Part shown: in pieces, positions 61,108 through 64,000 of the stretch
How the letters are laid out: every line of letters begins with the position of its first letter
Numbering within the stretch: the first letter of the stretch is position 1
Source of the DNA: Antedon mediterranea
Lineage: Eukaryota; Animalia; Echinodermata
Assembly (NCBI RefSeq): GCF_964355755.1
Contig: NC_092679.1
Location: forward strand, 11,577,432-11,641,431
Length of the DNA stretch: 64,000 nucleotides
Direction of reading: 5' to 3'
Notes under the pieces: model-generated
Told to the model about the DNA's origin: nothing
What the model saw: only the letters and a program-made list of their open reading frames with translations
Databases searched by the model: none
Translations under genes and position numbers: made by a program

Positions 61108-61707
61108 GTATCGTTTTTGGCATGTTATTTAAGATACACCTCAGGGCGATAGCTTACAAATTGTGAATGCTAACAAATAAATGATACAAAAAAACTAAAC
61201 AATACTATACAGATTATAGTGTACCGATTATTTTGTACTGATATTAAAGGGATCAGGAAACAATCATACAACCATGTTCATAAAGCATTTGAATGCGCGG
61301 GTCAAATGTCCACGAGGAAGATGCGTGCGAAAAATACGCATTCTCAACATGTTGAAGCTTTGTCAGACTACGGACCACAATGTCTTAACTTATATGCGCA
61401 ACATTACCGTGCGAAACATAAATAATTTAGATTTAAAACAAGATAAGTCACGTTATTTTATATGAATACCTTTACTGCACATGTTCTCCGCATAGTTCCT
61501 GAATGATACGTCGCATAGTTTGCGAATCCAGAATACGTAATCAATGCAAACCCCTTGTGGATAGATGAATGACGCGGAACGAAAAGAAATAGAACTGCGC
61601 ATGTATATAACCTACAGGCGGTGTTTTTGTCTCTCATGAATATGAAAATGTAATTTCAATAACACAAAATAGCATTAATAAATTGACATGACACCTTTGT
61701 TTTTAAG

Positions 61708-61830
61708 GACATGAGGTCATACGGCTTTACTGGACCGGAAATAGCCGTTGAATATATGAAGAGGTATTTCACAGACACCAATGCCAAATACCTGGATTGT
61801 TTATCTGGTACTGGTCTTTTAGGTGTACAC
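61708..61830 (+). CDS. METTL27/WBSCR27-like protein, second coding exon (SAM-binding motif I); rest of gene not seen in the window
   Basis: TTTTAAG| acceptor; DMRSYGFTGPEIAVEYMKRYFTDTNAKYLDCLSGTGLLGVH; |GTAAGT donor; in phase with the previous exon. Confidence 0.8.
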
Positions 61831-61843
61831 GTAAGTTTTTGTA

Positions 61844-62922
61844 GGGTGTCACGAAACCTAAGATCACGAAAGCTAAGACCCAAGACCTAAGATTACAAAT
61901 TCTAAGATATATGACAGCTTAAAAACAATAATTGTTTATCTATATACACAATTTTAAACGTAGTAGGTTTAATTTATTAATGCTTTTTACCATAAATTTA
62001 ATTAAATACTTACCACAACCAAAAATAAACAATATTTTCGCTCGTTGAGTAAATATATACCTTTGTTTTACAACAAACTGGACGGTTTGTTTGTTGATAT
62101 ATATTTACTCCATTGTGTTGGTTCCAGGGGGTGTTTCCCTTTCCCTTTCCAAATTAATTCAACTAACTTTATTGAATTCTGAATACCACACCTTAGAATA
62201 AGTAAGAAAGATATTCACATAAAAAGTAACAAATAAATACTTGGTATTTATAAATAAAAATTGGTGATTTTACAGATGTGTTTCTTGCACACTTTCGCAT
62301 ATTCAACTTTCAATATTTTCGTCTCTATGGAGCGCCAAAAAACAACAATAATAGAGGGCTAAAAATGCGTCTACATTTAATGCATTTATTTGTGAAATAC
62401 ACGTTTAATTTGTTCAATACATTTTGTCAATTTGTCAATAAAAATGTTATAATATGTTAATATTATGATTTTGTCGATTTTATTCTTAAAGTTAACGAAA
62501 CCGTGTAAACTATCAACAGTAACATTTTATTTGTATTGACACTGACAAAATATATTGAATTGAACATGATTTTCACCAAAAAAATTAGTTAAATAGATGG
62601 ATTCCACATAGTGTTTAGCCATCTAATTATGTTGCTCTTTTGGCGTTCCATAGAAACAAAATATTAAACATAGAGTACTGTATTCGAAATTCGCATGAGA
62701 AAAACGTCTGTAAAATCATCAATTTATTTAAAGAATGTATTGTTATTTTATTGATTCTTCTTCATCTAATTCTAAGGTGTGGTATTCAGGATACAGTTTA
62801 GAGTTAAAATACCAGGCAGGTGCGAAAGACAACAATTGGTAATCTTAGGTCTTGGGTCTTAGGTTTCGTGATCTTAGGTCTTACTGGGTCTTAGCTTTCG
62901 TGATCTTAGGTTCTTGACACCC
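61844..62922. mobile_element. Second, diverged copy of the 51674-52759 MITE family
   Basis: Same GGGTGTCACGAAACCTAAGA...TGACACCC termini and internal similarity, but no matching TSD. Confidence 0.85.
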
Positions 62923-62954
62923 TCGCCGGGCATGCTCGAGCTTGCACTCAAGAG

Positions 62955-63300
62955 ATCCACCCATCTCGTAAGCGATCACCTCCCTCTATTAAGAAGACCA
63001 CCATATCTAAGGTGGTCGCTTACGAGATGGCCGCTTGTTGAAAGTTGGTCGCTTACGAGAGGTGGATAGATTGATTGATAAGTAAAGAGAGTGATGGTCT
63101 TTTAAAAGAGATGGTCACTTACGAAAGGTGCTCGATTATGAGAAGCGGTCCTTTATTAGAGGAGGTGATCACTTACGAGAGGTGGTCGATTATGAGAAGC
63201 GGTCCTTTAACAGAGATGATGGACCGTGGTCGTTCAATAGAAGTAGTCGCTAAAGAGGGTGGTTGCTTACGATGTATGGTCTGTTTTTAGGGAGGTGGAT
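62955..63300. repeat. Degenerate short repeats (GGTGGTCGCTTACGAGA), probably MITE subterminal repeats
   Basis: Motif recurs many times at 63010-63275, with inverted copies at ~62960-63005. Confidence 0.55.
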
Positions 63301-63373
63301 AGACTAATAGCTAAGCAAAGAGATAAATTTGCACATGATTTAGACATAGGTTTGTAAAATATATAATATTTTC

Positions 63374-63593
63374 TACATCAGCTGACGATAGTAACTACAT
63401 TAGCTGGAAGGCAATTTGCGTTACTACATTAGCTGTTGACCGTTCTACATTAGCTGGTGTTGATTTGATTATTTACTACATAAGCTGTTGGTGTTTCTAC
63501 ATTAGCTTGAGGTTTTACTAATTAGCGGTGGATTGTTTTACATTAGCGGTTGTTTCGACAATAGCTGGCGTTTTCTACATTAGCGGTTGTAAC
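63374..63593. repeat. Short tandem motif CTACATTAGC(T/G)G, ~9 copies, ending TGTAACA
   Basis: Period ~20-30 bp; likely the end of a non-autonomous DNA element. Confidence 0.6.
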
Positions 63594-64000
63594 AGGGCCC
63601 CGTGTCATCACAACTAAACGTCATACTTGCAGGAGGAAGAGTAAAATTTCACTATTTCTCTGATACTAGGCATCAGGCCCCCTCCGCTACTGTACGCATA
63701 TGATGCGTGTTATACGATGACCTGTAATAATTAGTCTCACTACCATTTTTTGTTAAAGCCAGAGAAATTTACAAAAAAGCATTGATTGATTGTTCTTGCT
63801 ATTGATTTACTTTAAGATCAATATTAAAAAATTGTACAGTACTATACCTTTTGTACTTGCTGCAATAACAGAGCAAGCTAGGATCATACATATTTGATAG
63901 AAAAATCCGCAGTAAATAATCGAAGATTCCAAAGGATTCCGCCGTGGTTACTAACTTCCGCCGTGGCATTCTGTACTTTGCTGTCGTGTTTCATTACTTA

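Noticed and set aside
61219-61465. Short ORFs between the METTL27-like exons
   Set aside because: Intronic, with no recognisable domain or splice pattern.
63872-63919. Possible third METTL27-like exon (SKLGSYIFD...)
   Set aside because: Hits a stop within 16 codons, has no donor, and lacks the expected acidic motif (D.S..ML).

Overview
Eukaryotic, AT-rich, intron-containing DNA from an animal, probably a marine invertebrate (organism not determinable from the window). Bases 1-15.9 kb are a 179/182-bp satellite array (~88 monomers) that switches strand at a single junction (5433-5435) and ends on the right in a TTAA/CCC piggyBac-like terminus. Bases 18.3-37.4 kb hold a complete 12-exon WDR26 gene (+ strand; CTLH/GID complex subunit, LisH-CTLH-WD40) with GT-AG introns. 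Its annotated-type start (MQTNG) is preceded by an ATG-free, in-frame, NLS-bearing extension that probably starts at a CTG in strong Kozak context; this is the top finding. The introns are packed with transposons, many with clean TIRs and TSDs, and contain a 48-bp minisatellite that appears to derive from a Penelope 3' end. Bases 42-54.8 kb are a four-level nested insertion (LINE > MULE > hAT > Helentron-type elements and a MITE). The first coding exons of a METTL27/WBSCR27-like methyltransferase start at ~61 kb. All coordinates were read by eye, and element family assignments are inferences from termini and TSD lengths.
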